This document shows positions 38,723 through 48,342 of a DNA stretch of 64,000 nucleotides, in pieces. This stretch comes from Candidatus Bipolaricaulota bacterium (GTDB lineage: Bacteria; Bipolaricaulota; Bipolaricaulia; RBG-16-55-9). The stretch's first letter is position 1, and every line of letters begins with the position of its first letter. Where the stretch lies: positions 30-64,029 of the forward strand of contig JALSGO010000083.1 of the NCBI GenBank assembly GCA_026982655.1. The letters are read 5' to 3'. Under the pieces are notes generated by a model. The model had not been told where the DNA came from, did no database searches, and saw only the letters and a program-made list of their open reading frames with translations. The translations under genes were made by a program, and so were the position numbers.

Positions 38723-39373
38723 ATGAACCCGCAGGAACGATGGAACGATGCTCTGACGCCGGAGAAGGAACCGACCGAGGGAGCTCTCTCGACGCCGCCC
38801 CCGGACGGCGCGTCCGAGGGGACCGGAGAGGGGCGGTCCCCTAAGGGGCGAACCGTGGGGATCGCCCTGATCCTCGCCGTGGTCGTGGGGATCGGCATCG
38901 GGTACTCGCTGTATTCCTTGCGGGCCGAGAGGGTGTCCGGGCTGGCGTCCACGGGGAGGGAGGTAGACCGGGGCCTCGGCGGCGGCATGCCGGCGATCGT
39001 GGTGGCCCCGCTGCTTAGGGATCTCGGGGAGGTGAGCGTCCAAGGGGGGACGGTGACCACCTTCTTCACCGTGCGCAATCCCGGGGACGGGGTGCTGGTC
39101 ATCACCGACATGGAGACTTCCTGTATGTGCACGGAGGTCGCTTTGATCGTGGACGGCGTGGAAGGCCCTCGACTCGGGATGCGCGGCCACGGTCCGCGGC
39201 CCGAGTGGTCGGCCCGGCTGAACCCGGGCGAGGAGGCGACCCTTAAGGTCTACTACGACCCCACGGTACACGAGGAGCTACGCGGACCGGTCACCCGCGT
39301 GGTGCGGGTTCACACGAACGTCCCCACCCGTCCCTACGTGGACATCTTGATCGATCTGGTGCAAACGGACTGA
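38723..39373 (+). CDS. DUF1573 domain protein (SCxCT motif variant SCMCT), membrane-anchored
   Basis: TM anchor, then FTVRNPGDGVLVITDMETSCMCT matching the DUF1573 signature N-G-PL-I-SCGCT; GGAGGAAAGGAA RBS. Confidence 0.65.
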   Translation: MNPQERWNDALTPEKEPTEGALSTPPPDGASEGTGEGRSPKGRTVGIALILAVVVGIGIGYSLYSLRAERVSGLASTGREVDRGLGGGMPAIVVAPLLRDLGEVSVQGGTVTTFFTVRNPGDGVLVITDMETSCMCTEVALIVDGVEGPRLGMRGHGPRPEWSARLNPGEEATLKVYYDPTVHEELRGPVTRVVRVHTNVPTRPYVDILIDLVQTD

Positions 39374-39424
39374 CTCCCGTGGGCAGACCGAAGGCTACAC
39401 GACAATCGGGGAGGGAATGCCAAG

Positions 39425-40000
39425 GTGATGAACGGGGAATCGAGGGACAAGGACCAAGGTCAGAATACGGAGATGCACGCGATCCGCCGCCGGGCGGCCT
39501 TCTTGAGCCGAGGCGGAGTGAGCCTGCCCCTCCTGATCATCGGGGTCCTCCTGGCCCTGGGGACGACTGCGGGCCTGGGGTATTTGCGTCTGGCGGGCCC
39601 ACCGGCGGCAGGCCCTCCGCGCATCGAGGTCACGCCGGAGCTCATCGAGTTCGGAGAGATCTCCCCCACCGAGAAGGCGGTCGTGGAGTACCGTGTGCGA
39701 AACGCCGGGGGAAGCCCGTTGGAGATCACCCGCGTGAGCACCTCGTGTGGGTGCACCACCGCCGAGGTCGGCAAGACGACGCTCCTCCCCGGCGAGACGA
39801 CTCCGTTGCGCGTCACCTTCGACCCCCAAGCGATGCGGGCCGAAGGGCTCAACGAGGAGGACATCTACCGGATCATCTTCCTAAGGAGCAACGACCCCGA
39901 GCGGCCGGAGGTTACCGTCGAGCTTCGCGGTCGCGTCCTGCCGTCGGACTCGGACTCGAACTCGAACTCGGAGCCGGAGTCTGCCGTCGAGGGGAGGTAA
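39425..40000 (+). CDS. DUF1573 domain protein (canonical SCGCT motif), membrane-anchored, (DS/NS)n-rich C-terminus
   Basis: YRVRNAGGSPLEITRVSTSCGCTT signature; paralog of the preceding gene. Confidence 0.7.
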   Translation: MMNGESRDKDQGQNTEMHAIRRRAAFLSRGGVSLPLLIIGVLLALGTTAGLGYLRLAGPPAAGPPRIEVTPELIEFGEISPTEKAVVEYRVRNAGGSPLEITRVSTSCGCTTAEVGKTTLLPGETTPLRVTFDPQAMRAEGLNEEDIYRIIFLRSNDPERPEVTVELRGRVLPSDSDSNSNSEPESAVEGR

Positions 40001-40098
40001 CCGAAGCGCTCGGTTGGGGCCGGGCACGGGGGACGGCCCCCTAATCCCACCCCAGGAGGGAAGGGAAAGGGGAAGCTTCCTGAAGGAAGAAGAAGCCC

Positions 40099-42771
40099 AT
40101 GGCCAAGGTCAAAGACCCCGTCTGCGGGATGGAGATCGACGAGGAAGAGGCCGTCGCCTCCCACGTCTACGAGGGGCAGACGTACTCCTTCTGCTCCAAG
40201 GACTGCGAGAAGGAGTTCGTCGAGAAGCCCGAGTTTTATGTCAAGCCGGAGCCCGCCCGCTCGGCGACCACGGGCGTGGACGTCGAGAGCACGGAGCCGG
40301 TGCACGCCGAGCTCCCCCTGGCGGGCTTGGACTGCACCAGCTGCGTGGTGACCGTCGAGCGCACCCTGCGGGAGGTCCCCGGCGTGGAGAGGGCCCACGT
40401 CAACTTCTCGCTGGGGATCGCGCACGTCACCTACGATCCCAAGGAGGCGAGCGTCGAGGACGCCGTCCAGGCGCTCAAGAAGGCGGGCTACGACGTGGGG
40501 GCCGCCGAGATGCGGGTGCGCATCGAGGGGCTTCGCTGCGCCTCCTGTGTGGGCTTCATCGAGGAGGCCCTGCGGAAGGTCCCCGGCGTCTTGGAGGCCA
40601 CGGTGAGCCCCGGAACGGAGACGGCGGTCATCCGCTACGTCCCCGGGATGGTGAGTTTTCCGGCGATCAAGGAAGCGATCGAATCTACGGGCTACAAAAC
40701 GGTCCACCGCCTGGAGGAGGAGGAGCCGCCCGATCAGGAGGCCGCCGCCCGCGAGCGGGAGTACCGCCTGCTCATGCGCCGCTTCCTCTTCGCCGCCGTC
40801 GTCTCCGTCCCGGTGCTCCTTACGGCCTATCCCGAGTTCGTGCCCTTCTTGAGGGATCTTCCCCGGAGCACGATCCGGCTCATCTGGGCCTTCGACGCGC
40901 TGCTGACGCTGCCCGTGTTGTTGTGGTCGGGTCAGCGCTTCTTCACGGGCGCTTGGGCGGCGTTCAAGCACCACAGCGCGGACATGAACACGCTGATCGC
41001 GCTGGGCACCGGCGCGGCGTGGGCCTATTCGACGGTCGCGATCGCCTTCCCTCAAGTGTTCCCCGAGGGGACGGCGGAGCCCTTCTTCGACGTGGCCGCC
41101 GTGGTCATCGCCTTGGTCGTGTTGGGCCAAGCGCTCGAGGTCCGGGCCAAGGGGCGCACCAGCGCGGCGATCAAAAAGCTTCTCGACTTACAAGCCAAGA
41201 CGGCCCGCGTGGTGCGCGACGGGCAGGAGATGGACATCCCCGTGGAAGAGGTGCTCGTGGGCGACGTGGTGGTGGTCCGCCCCGGCGAGAAGGTGCCTGT
41301 AGACGGCGTGGTGATCGAGGGCTCCTCCGCGGTGGACGAGTCGATGATCACCGGGGAGCCGATCCCCGTGGAAAAAAATCCCGGGGATGAGGTGATCGGC
41401 GGGACGATCAACAAGACGGGGTCCTTCAAGTTCCGGGCGACCAAGGTGGGCAAGGAGACGGCGCTGGCGCAGATCGTCCAGCTCGTACAACAAGCCCAAA
41501 GCACCAAGCCCCCGATCGCCCGGCTGGTGGATGTGGTGAGCGGCTACTTCGTGCCCGCGGTGATGATCATCGCGGTGCTGGCGTTCTTGGTATGGTTTAA
41601 TTTCGGGCCGGAGCCGCGGCTGACCTTCGCCCTGGTGACCGCGGTGACCACGCTGATCATCGCCTGCCCCTGCGCGCTGGGGCTGGCCACCCCCATGAGC
41701 ATCATGGTCGGGGTGGGCAAGGCCGCCGAACACGGGATTCTCATTCGCAACGGCGAGGCCCTCCAAAAGGCCTCGAAGCTGGACACGATCGTGCTCGACA
41801 AGACGGGCACGGTCACCAAGGGGAAGCCCGAGCTGACCGACGTGATCGCCGCTGAGGGCTTTACAGAAGACGAGGTGCTCCGCCTGGCGGCCAGCGCGGA
41901 GCGGGCCAGCGAACACCCCTTGGCCGAGGCGATCGTCCAGGGCGCCCAGGCGCGCGGACTGGAGCTTGCGGACCCCGAGACGTTCAACGCCGTCCCCGGC
42001 CACGGGATCGAAGCCACGCTCGACGGCAAGAGAGTGCTCCTGGGCAACGTAAAACTCATGAAGCGCGAGGGCATCGACGTCGGCGGCCTCCGCGAGGCGG
42101 CGGAGCGCCTCTCCGACGAGGGCAAGACCCCGATGTACATGGCCGTCGACGGCCAAGCCGCGGGGCTGATCGCCGTGGCCGACACGATCAAGGAAGACTC
42201 CGTCGCGGCCATTCGGACGCTCCAGGAGCTGGGGCTGGAGGTCGTCATGCTCACCGGGGACAACCGCCGCACCGCCGAGGCGATCGCCCGCCAGGTCCAC
42301 ATCGACCGGGTCCTGGCCGAAGTGCTCCCGGAGCAGAAGGCGGCAGAGGTGAAGAAGCTGCAGCTCGAGGGCCGCAGGGTCGGCATGGTCGGCGACGGGA
42401 TCAACGACGCGCCCGCCCTGGCCCAGGCCGACGTGGGCTTCGCCATCGGGACGGGGACGGACGTGGCCATTGAAGCTGCGGACATCACGCTCGTGGGCGG
42501 AAGCCTCCGCGGGGTGGTCACCGCCATCGAGATCTCCAAGGCCACCATGCGCAACATCAAGCAAAATCTCGTGGGAGCCTTCATCTACAACACGCTGGGC
42601 ATCCCGGTGGCCGCGGGGGTCTTCTATCCCCTCACGGGGATGCTGCTGAGCCCCCTCATCGCGGGGGCGGCGATGGCGTTTAGCAGCGTGACCGTGGTGA
42701 CGAACGCCAACCGCCTGCGGCGGTTCCGGCCCCGGATCGTCTCCGACTTCGAGGAAGGAGGTACGACATGA
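40099..42771 (+). CDS. copA: Copper-translocating P1B-type ATPase with N-terminal YHS/TRASH domain plus two HMA domains
   Basis: [11 protein letters not shown]...[12 protein letters not shown] (YHS/TRASH); two CxxC HMA domains; [16 protein letters not shown]. Confidence 0.9.
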   Translation: MAKVKDPVCGMEIDEEEAVASHVYEGQTYSFCSKDCEKEFVEKPEFYVKPEPARSATTGVDVESTEPVHAELPLAGLDCTSCVVTVERTLREVPGVERAHVNFSLGIAHVTYDPKEASVEDAVQALKKAGYDVGAAEMRVRIEGLRCASCVGFIEEALRKVPGVLEATVSPGTETAVIRYVPGMVSFPAIKEAIESTGYKTVHRLEEEEPPDQEAAAREREYRLLMRRFLFAAVVSVPVLLTAYPEFVPFLRDLPRSTIRLIWAFDALLTLPVLLWSGQRFFTGAWAAFKHHSADMNTLIALGTGAAWAYSTVAIAFPQVFPEGTAEPFFDVAAVVIALVVLGQALEVRAKGRTSAAIKKLLDLQAKTARVVRDGQEMDIPVEEVLVGDVVVVRPGEKVPVDGVVIEGSSAVDESMITGEPIPVEKNPGDEVIGGTINKTGSFKFRATKVGKETALAQIVQLVQQAQSTKPPIARLVDVVSGYFVPAVMIIAVLAFLVWFNFGPEPRLTFALVTAVTTLIIACPCALGLATPMSIMVGVGKAAEHGILIRNGEALQKASKLDTIVLDKTGTVTKGKPELTDVIAAEGFTEDEVLRLAASAERASEHPLAEAIVQGAQARGLELADPETFNAVPGHGIEATLDGKRVLLGNVKLMKREGIDVGGLREAAERLSDEGKTPMYMAVDGQAAGLIAVADTIKEDSVAAIRTLQELGLEVVMLTGDNRRTAEAIARQVHIDRVLAEVLPEQKAAEVKKLQLEGRRVGMVGDGINDAPALAQADVGFAIGTGTDVAIEAADITLVGGSLRGVVTAIEISKATMRNIKQNLVGAFIYNTLGIPVAAGVFYPLTGMLLSPLIAGAAMAFSSVTVVTNANRLRRFRPRIVSDFEEGGTT

Positions 42772-43142
42772 TCGCGCAAATCGTGGTGAACGTCTTGGGG
42801 CTGCTCGCGATCGTCTGGATCGTCTGGTACTTCTGGATCTACGAGAAGAAGGGCGTCGTGGCCGCGGAGGCGGGCGGCGCTCAAGAAGTTCGCATTCGGG
42901 TCAAGGGGGGCTACGACCCCGACGTCATCGTCGTCCAGGCCGGAAAGCCCGTGAAACTCCACTTCTACCGCGAGGAGGAGGCGTCGTGCAGCGAGACGGT
43001 CGTCTTCCCGGACTTCGCCCAGTCGCTGAAGCTTCCGCCCTTTGAGACCGTCACCCTGGAGCTTCTGCCGGAGAAGCCGGGGGAGTACGAGTTCCACTGC
43101 CAGATGAACATGCTGCGGGGCAAGCTCATCGTGGAGGAGTGA
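42768..43142 (+). CDS. Cupredoxin-like domain small membrane protein fused downstream of copA ([10 protein letters not shown] motif)
   Basis: N-terminal TM helix, ~90 aa beta-sandwich region with Cys/His/Met cluster; paralog of 48785-49270; start overlaps copA stop (ATGA). Confidence 0.6.
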   Translation: MIAQIVVNVLGLLAIVWIVWYFWIYEKKGVVAAEAGGAQEVRIRVKGGYDPDVIVVQAGKPVKLHFYREEEASCSETVVFPDFAQSLKLPPFETVTLELLPEKPGEYEFHCQMNMLRGKLIVEE

Positions 43143-43190
43143 GCCCTACGTGCGATCCACCTCCACAGAGAACGAAAGGATCGAAAGGGC

Positions 43191-44582
43191 ATGGGCGTAG
43201 ACTTGACGTTCCTCGGCGCCGCCGGGACGGTCACGGGCTCCAAGTATTGGCTCTCGGCGGGCGGCAAAAACTATCTCATCGACTGCGGGCTCTTCCAGGG
43301 ACCGGACGAGCTGGAGCAGCTCAACTGGGAACAGCTTCCCATCGCCCCCGCGGAGCTGGACGCCGTGGTGCTGACCCACGGGCACCTCGACCACTCGGGG
43401 TACCTCCCGCGGCTTGCGAAGAGGGGCTACTCCGGGCCGGTCTACGCCTCGGAGGCCACCTGCGCGCTGCTCGAGCTGCTTTTGCCCGACTCGGGATACC
43501 TGCAGGAGGAGCACGCGGGCTACGCCAACCGCAAGGGCTACTCCCGCCACAAGCCCGCGCTTCCGCTGTACACCTACGACCAAGCGCTCGAGTCCCTAAA
43601 GCTCTTACGGCCCGTGAAGCTCGCGGAGCCCTTCGCCGTAGACAAACACCTCACGGTCACGATGCGCCCGGCGGGCCACATCCTGGGCTCCGCGATCGTA
43701 GAGTGCGAGCTTGATAATAAAAAGATCGTCTTCTCCGGGGACCTGGGCCGCTACGATCAGGAAGTGATGAAATCCCCAGCGACGGTGACGCGGGCCGACT
43801 ATCTGCTGGTCGAGTCGACGTACGGCGATCGGGAGCACGGCGAGGACCCCATCGAAGATCAGCTGGCCCCCGTGGTGAACGCCGCTGTCGAGCGCGGCGG
43901 GGCGCTTCTCATCCCGAGCTTCGCCGTGGGCCGCACCCAGCACGTCCTCTACTACCTGCGAAAGCTCCAAGACCAAAAGCGCATCCCCGAGGTGCCCATC
44001 TACGTGGACAGCCCGATGGCCATCGACGCGACGGCGATCTACTGCCGCTTCGGAGATGAGCTCAACCTCAACGTCAACCTGCTGATGGACGACGAAGCCT
44101 GCCCGCTGCGCTGCCGCGACACGCGCTTTACGCGGACGGTCCCCGAGTCGAAGCGGCTCAACGACGCGCCGGGGCCTCTTGTGATCCTCTCCGCGAGCGG
44201 GATGTGCACCGGCGGTCGGATCCTCCACCACCTGAAGCACCGCCTGCCCGACCCCAAGAACACCGTGCTCTTCGTGGGCTACCAGGCCCAAGGCACCCGG
44301 GGCCGCAGGCTCCTCGAGGGAGCCGACGAGATCAGAATTCACGGGATGACCGTCCCGGTGCGGGCGGAGATCGCCCAGATCGACGGCCTCTCCGCCCACG
44401 GAGACGCCCGGGAGCTGATGCGCTGGCTCTCCGGGTTCGAGCGGCCTCCCGAACAGACGTTCCTCGTCCACGGGGAGCCGCACGCCTCCCAAGCGCTGGA
44501 GGAGCGCATTCGGAAGGAGCTGGGCTGGGCGACCCACCGGCCCCGCTACGGCGAGACCGTCTCCTTGGAGGGCAGGGGATGA
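43191..44582 (+). CDS. MBL-fold beta-CASP family RNA-metabolising hydrolase
   Basis: THGHLDHSG metallo-beta-lactamase motif, beta-CASP motifs (D..H..H) and C-terminal RNA-specificity region. Confidence 0.75.
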   Translation: MGVDLTFLGAAGTVTGSKYWLSAGGKNYLIDCGLFQGPDELEQLNWEQLPIAPAELDAVVLTHGHLDHSGYLPRLAKRGYSGPVYASEATCALLELLLPDSGYLQEEHAGYANRKGYSRHKPALPLYTYDQALESLKLLRPVKLAEPFAVDKHLTVTMRPAGHILGSAIVECELDNKKIVFSGDLGRYDQEVMKSPATVTRADYLLVESTYGDREHGEDPIEDQLAPVVNAAVERGGALLIPSFAVGRTQHVLYYLRKLQDQKRIPEVPIYVDSPMAIDATAIYCRFGDELNLNVNLLMDDEACPLRCRDTRFTRTVPESKRLNDAPGPLVILSASGMCTGGRILHHLKHRLPDPKNTVLFVGYQAQGTRGRRLLEGADEIRIHGMTVPVRAEIAQIDGLSAHGDARELMRWLSGFERPPEQTFLVHGEPHASQALEERIRKELGWATHRPRYGETVSLEGRG

Positions 44583-45304
44583 TCCGCTACGCGCTCTTCG
44601 ACTTGGACGACACGCTCTATCCCCCGGCGGCGGGGCTCATGGAGGCCCTCAGCCGCCGCTTTACGCAGTGCATCGCCGAGGAGCTGGGCATCTCCCTCGA
44701 ACAAGCCGAGGCCCTGCGGCGCGAGTACGGCAAGCGCTACGGCTCGACCACGCGGGGGCTCGCCCTGCATCACCACGTGGACATCGGGGGATTTTTGGCC
44801 AAGGTCCACGACCTGCCCATCGAGGAGTATCTGCAGCCCGACCCCGAGCTGGGGTGTTTGTTGGACTGCATCGACGCGCAGAGGTGCATCTTCACCAACG
44901 CGCCGGAGGCCTACGCCCGGCGGGTGTTAGACGTCCTGGGCGTCGCGGATCGCTTCTGTCGGGTCTTCGCGGTCGAGTTCTCGGGTTATAGGGGCAAGCC
45001 CGACCCCCTCGTCTACGAGCGGGTGGTCGCCGAGCTGGGCGCTTCCGACCCGGAGATCGTGATGCTCGACGACGTGCGGGCCAACCTCCTCCCCGCCGCG
45101 CAGAGGGGCTGGACGACCGTCTGGGTCAACGGGCGGGGGAAGCCCGCCGACCCTCAAGACCTCGACGGGATCTCCTATGCGGTGGGCGACCTCTGGGAGG
45201 TGGCCCGCGTCTTCCGCGAGATCGGGCTCCTCGACGAGGCCCACCACGAGGAGTGGAACCGCTGCCTCCTCCGGTGCCCGCTGGGCCGGAGACGGGCTGG
45301 GTGA
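44579..45304 (+). CDS. HAD superfamily hydrolase (pyrimidine 5'-nucleotidase/SDT1-like)
   Basis: FDLDDTLY motif I, FTNAP motif II, later K and DD motifs. Confidence 0.7.
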   Translation: MIRYALFDLDDTLYPPAAGLMEALSRRFTQCIAEELGISLEQAEALRREYGKRYGSTTRGLALHHHVDIGGFLAKVHDLPIEEYLQPDPELGCLLDCIDAQRCIFTNAPEAYARRVLDVLGVADRFCRVFAVEFSGYRGKPDPLVYERVVAELGASDPEIVMLDDVRANLLPAAQRGWTTVWVNGRGKPADPQDLDGISYAVGDLWEVARVFREIGLLDEAHHEEWNRCLLRCPLGRRRAG

Positions 45305-45347
45305 CCTTGCTGGACGTCTTCCGGGGGGAACATGACGCAGATCATTG

Positions 45348-45371
45348 ATCCCACCCCACGGGGGGTGGGAT
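45348..45371 (+). promoter_or_regulatory. CsoR-type operator, perfect inverted repeat ATCCCACCCC-ACGG-GGGGTGGGAT lying between -35 TTGATC and -10 GATAAT
   Basis: Read directly; 18-bp spacer promoter fully occupied by the palindrome; downstream gene is cytochrome b. Confidence 0.65.
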
Positions 45372-45405
45372 AATGGCGGGCGAAAGGCGGGCGAAGGAGG
45401 GACGC

Positions 45406-46491
45406 ATGGAAGCACAGAAGACGGTCATGCAAAGCCGACGGCGACGCCTCTGGGAGGCGCTCGACGAGCGCCTGGGGTTGAGCGCCCTGAGGTACCCCGT
45501 CCCCGCCCACGCCAACACGCTGGGATATATGTTAGGCGGGATCACCCTCTTTGGCTTCCTCATCTTGATCGCCACAGGCATTTATCTTACGCAGTTCTAC
45601 AACCCCGACCCCAGCCAAGCCCACGACAGCGTCGTCTACCTCGTCGAGCAGACGACGTTCGGGGACCTCGTCCGCAGCATCCACTACTGGACGGCCAACT
45701 TGGTGGTCGTCACCGTTCTCCTCCACCTTCTACGGATCTTCTTTGCGGGGGCGTACAAGCGGCCCCGGGAGGCCAACTGGCTGGTCGGCTTGGCGCTTTT
45801 GGCGATCACCATCGGCTTCGTCTTCACCGGCACGGTCCTCAAGTGGGACCAAGAGGCCTACGAGGCGATGCTCCACAACATGGCCTTCTCGGAGCTTCTG
45901 GGCGGGATCGGGAGCTGGTTCTCCCCAAGTTTTACCCTGAGCGTGCCGATGCTCACCCGCCTCTACGCCGTCCACATCGCGGTGCTCCCGGCGCTCTTCC
46001 TCATCTTGATCGCGATTCATCTGATGCTGGTCAAGTACCACGGGATCTCGCCGCTGCCCACCCTGAACGCTCGGGCGGGCACCTGGGGCAAGGAAGGGAC
46101 GGGCCGCTTCTCCGCGCACCTGCGGCGCATGGTGGGCTACGGGCTATGGCTGCTGGCCTTAGCGGGGGTGCTGGCGCTCCTCTGGCCCGCGCCGCTGGGC
46201 TATCCCCCGGTTCCGGGCGCCGAGGTGACGAAGCCCCCGTGGTTGTTCCTGTGGCTCTACGCCTTCGAGAACTGGGTGGGGACCGCCGGGCTGCTCTGGC
46301 CACCGCTTGTGCTCTTCCTGCTGCTGGCGTTGGTGCCCTTCCTCGACCGCAGCCCCTATCTGGCACCCCGAAAGCGACCCGTAACCGTCACGCTCGGCGT
46401 GGTGCTGTTGCTCTTTTTGGTCGGGTTGAGCGTGTACGTGGCCCTCACCCCGCCGGTGAGCCACATCCAAGGGCAAGGGATGGGAGGTTGA
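45406..46491 (+). CDS. Cytochrome b (bc/b6f-complex type; N- and C-terminal domains fused)
   Basis: Helix B/D bis-His pairs (HYWTANLVVVTVLLH; LHNMAF...VHIAVLP), 8 TM helices; GAAGGAGG RBS before ATG 45406 (ORF opens at 45373 inside the promoter). Confidence 0.75.
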   Translation: MEAQKTVMQSRRRRLWEALDERLGLSALRYPVPAHANTLGYMLGGITLFGFLILIATGIYLTQFYNPDPSQAHDSVVYLVEQTTFGDLVRSIHYWTANLVVVTVLLHLLRIFFAGAYKRPREANWLVGLALLAITIGFVFTGTVLKWDQEAYEAMLHNMAFSELLGGIGSWFSPSFTLSVPMLTRLYAVHIAVLPALFLILIAIHLMLVKYHGISPLPTLNARAGTWGKEGTGRFSAHLRRMVGYGLWLLALAGVLALLWPAPLGYPPVPGAEVTKPPWLFLWLYAFENWVGTAGLLWPPLVLFLLLALVPFLDRSPYLAPRKRPVTVTLGVVLLLFLVGLSVYVALTPPVSHIQGQGMGG

Positions 46492-46495
46492 GACC

Positions 46496-47077
46496 ATGCG
46501 ACCACAGAGCAGTTGGGTTCACGTCGGTTGGATCACAGCGTTGCTGACGGTGGCGGTGGGGATCGGGCTTGCGGTGGGGCTTCCGGGACGGGCCCACGAG
46601 GGCGCGGAGGTGAGCGCCTATCCTACCACCGTGGCCCCGGGGGAGACGCTCTTCGTGGAGGGCGCGGACATCAACCCTAACGGCCCGATCGCCCTCTTCT
46701 TGGAGGGCGTAAAGGGCAAGTTCCGCCTGGGTCAGGTCCGGGGGGACGAGGACGGCGGGTTCAAGACGAGCGTGGCCCTCCCGCCGGATCTCCCGCCGGG
46801 GACCTATTTGTTGGTGGCCGTCGGGGCCAACGGGGAGAAGGCCACCTTCTCGGTGACGGTGGCCGCCGCGGTAAGCTCCCTCACCCAAGAGCCCAGGGAG
46901 CCCACGGACGCGCTCATGGAGCTGGACCGGTCAAGGTCCTCCGAGGAGTGGGCGTTCCTCGCCGTCGTGATCGGGCTGAGCCTGCTCCTGGGGGCGTGGC
47001 TGGCCCGCCCGGAACGGATGGTTGCACCTGCCTCTCCTTCTGCCTCCGCCGCCGAGCCCGACGGGAGCGGGCCTTGA
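46496..47077 (+). CDS. Hypothetical periplasmic Ig-like protein with predicted mature N-terminal His and C-terminal TM anchor (possible CopC-like Cu-binding protein)
   Basis: Signal peptide ...GLPGRA|HEGAEV; beta-rich core; C-terminal helix WAFLAVVIGLSLLLGAWLA. Confidence 0.4.
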   Translation: MRPQSSWVHVGWITALLTVAVGIGLAVGLPGRAHEGAEVSAYPTTVAPGETLFVEGADINPNGPIALFLEGVKGKFRLGQVRGDEDGGFKTSVALPPDLPPGTYLLVAVGANGEKATFSVTVAAAVSSLTQEPREPTDALMELDRSRSSEEWAFLAVVIGLSLLLGAWLARPERMVAPASPSASAAEPDGSGP

Positions 47078-47103
47078 GCGCAAAGGGGGCCGAGAGGAAG
47101 GAG

Positions 47104-48309
47104 ATGAGCCGACGGGGGTACGAAGGAGTTTCGGTCGTGGGGGCCGGACCGGCGGGGCTTGTGGCGGCCCTCACGCTGGCCCGCGCAGGCGTCCCCGTCA
47201 CCGTCTACGAGAAGGGGCCGACGGTGGGCACCCGCTTCCACGGCGACTTTCAAGGCTTAGAGAACTGGTCCCGCGAGCTCGACGTCTTGGAGGATCTCCG
47301 GACGATGGGGCTTGCGATCAACTTCGCCGTGCAACCGCGCGACTCAGCGGACTTCTACGACGCCTGGGACCGGAAGTACGACATCAGGACCCGAGAGCCC
47401 CTCTTCTATCTGGTGCGCCGCGGGGGTGGGGAGGGGAGCCTCGACCGCGGGCTCTACGCCCAGGCCCGGGAGGCCGGGGTGCGGTTCCGTTTCCACACCA
47501 AGCTCGATCGGGTGGAGGGCCCGGCGATCGTGGCCACCGGCCCGCGCTACGCCGACGGCATCTGCGTGGGCTACCTCTTCGAGACGGACCTAGAAGACCT
47601 TACGGCCTGCATCCTCTCCCAGCGCCTGGCCCCCCGCGGCTACAGCTACCTCCTGGTGGCCGACGGTCGGGCGACGCTGGTGAGCTGCCACTTCGCCGAC
47701 CTCCCCCGCTGGCGGGATCATCTGGAGGCCACCGTCGAGGCCTTCCGAAAGCTTTACCGCTTTGAGATGCGGAACCCCCGCTTCTTCTCCGGCTACGGGA
47801 ACCTCTTCGCCCGGGGGCGCTTCCGCGACGGCCAAAAACTCTACGTGGGCGAGGCCGCCGGGCTCCAGGACGGCCTGTGGGGCTTCGGGATGCGCTTTGC
47901 CCTGCGCTCGGGATATCTGGCGGCCCAGAGCCTGCTCTCCGGCCAAGACTACGACGAGCTGGTCCGAAGGGAGCTTCTGCCGCACCACCGGGCGGGGCTG
48001 GTCAACCGCTTTTTCTGGAACCTCTTGAGCGATCGCATGTTGGCGTTCTTCCTGCGGCGGGCGGCGCGCTGGACCGACCTTCGGGGGCGGCTGCGCGAGC
48101 TCGCCGGGCCCCGTCCCTGGAAGGATCGGCTCTATCCCTTCATCCGGGGAGCCTGCGGCTGGCGGGCCCGCTACCGCGACGAGCGCTGCCTCCGGGAGGG
48201 GTGTCCCTGCATCGGGTGCGCGTGTCGGAGTCCTTCGCGTACGATCTCGAGCCCCTGCGTCTCTTGGGGAGCGGCTCGGTTCCGACTCGACATGACGCAA
48301 GTCATTTGA
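47104..48309 (+). CDS. FAD-dependent oxidoreductase (geranylgeranyl reductase-like) with Cys-rich C-terminal tail
   Basis: VSVVGAGPAGLVAALTLARAG dinucleotide-binding motif; tail ERCLREGCPCIGCACRS. Confidence 0.65.
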   Translation: MSRRGYEGVSVVGAGPAGLVAALTLARAGVPVTVYEKGPTVGTRFHGDFQGLENWSRELDVLEDLRTMGLAINFAVQPRDSADFYDAWDRKYDIRTREPLFYLVRRGGGEGSLDRGLYAQAREAGVRFRFHTKLDRVEGPAIVATGPRYADGICVGYLFETDLEDLTACILSQRLAPRGYSYLLVADGRATLVSCHFADLPRWRDHLEATVEAFRKLYRFEMRNPRFFSGYGNLFARGRFRDGQKLYVGEAAGLQDGLWGFGMRFALRSGYLAAQSLLSGQDYDELVRRELLPHHRAGLVNRFFWNLLSDRMLAFFLRRAARWTDLRGRLRELAGPRPWKDRLYPFIRGACGWRARYRDERCLREGCPCIGCACRSPSRTISSPCVSWGAARFRLDMTQVI

Positions 48310-48331
48310 CCCACCCCCTCTGGGGTGGAAT
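48309..48331 (+). promoter_or_regulatory. CsoR-type operator (imperfect): ACCCACCCC-CTCT-GGGGTGGAAT between -35 TTGACC and -10 AATAAT (17-bp spacing)
   Basis: Read directly; paralogous to the 45331-45375 module (CATGACGCA..TCATT..CCCACCCC..GGGGTGG.ATAAT). Confidence 0.55.
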
Positions 48332-48342
48332 AATAGAGTGAA

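Noticed and set aside
40044-40068. Fifth CsoR-type operator upstream of copA2 (ATCCCACCCC-AGGA-GGGAAGGGAA)
   Set aside because: Only the left arm is intact and the right arm matches 7/10. It is recorded as a possible degenerate half-site, not as a feature.
45373-45405. ORF-track start of cytochrome b at ATG 45373
   Set aside because: This ATG lies within the -10 hexamer and operator. An in-frame ATG at 45406 has a GAAGGAGG RBS at ideal spacing.
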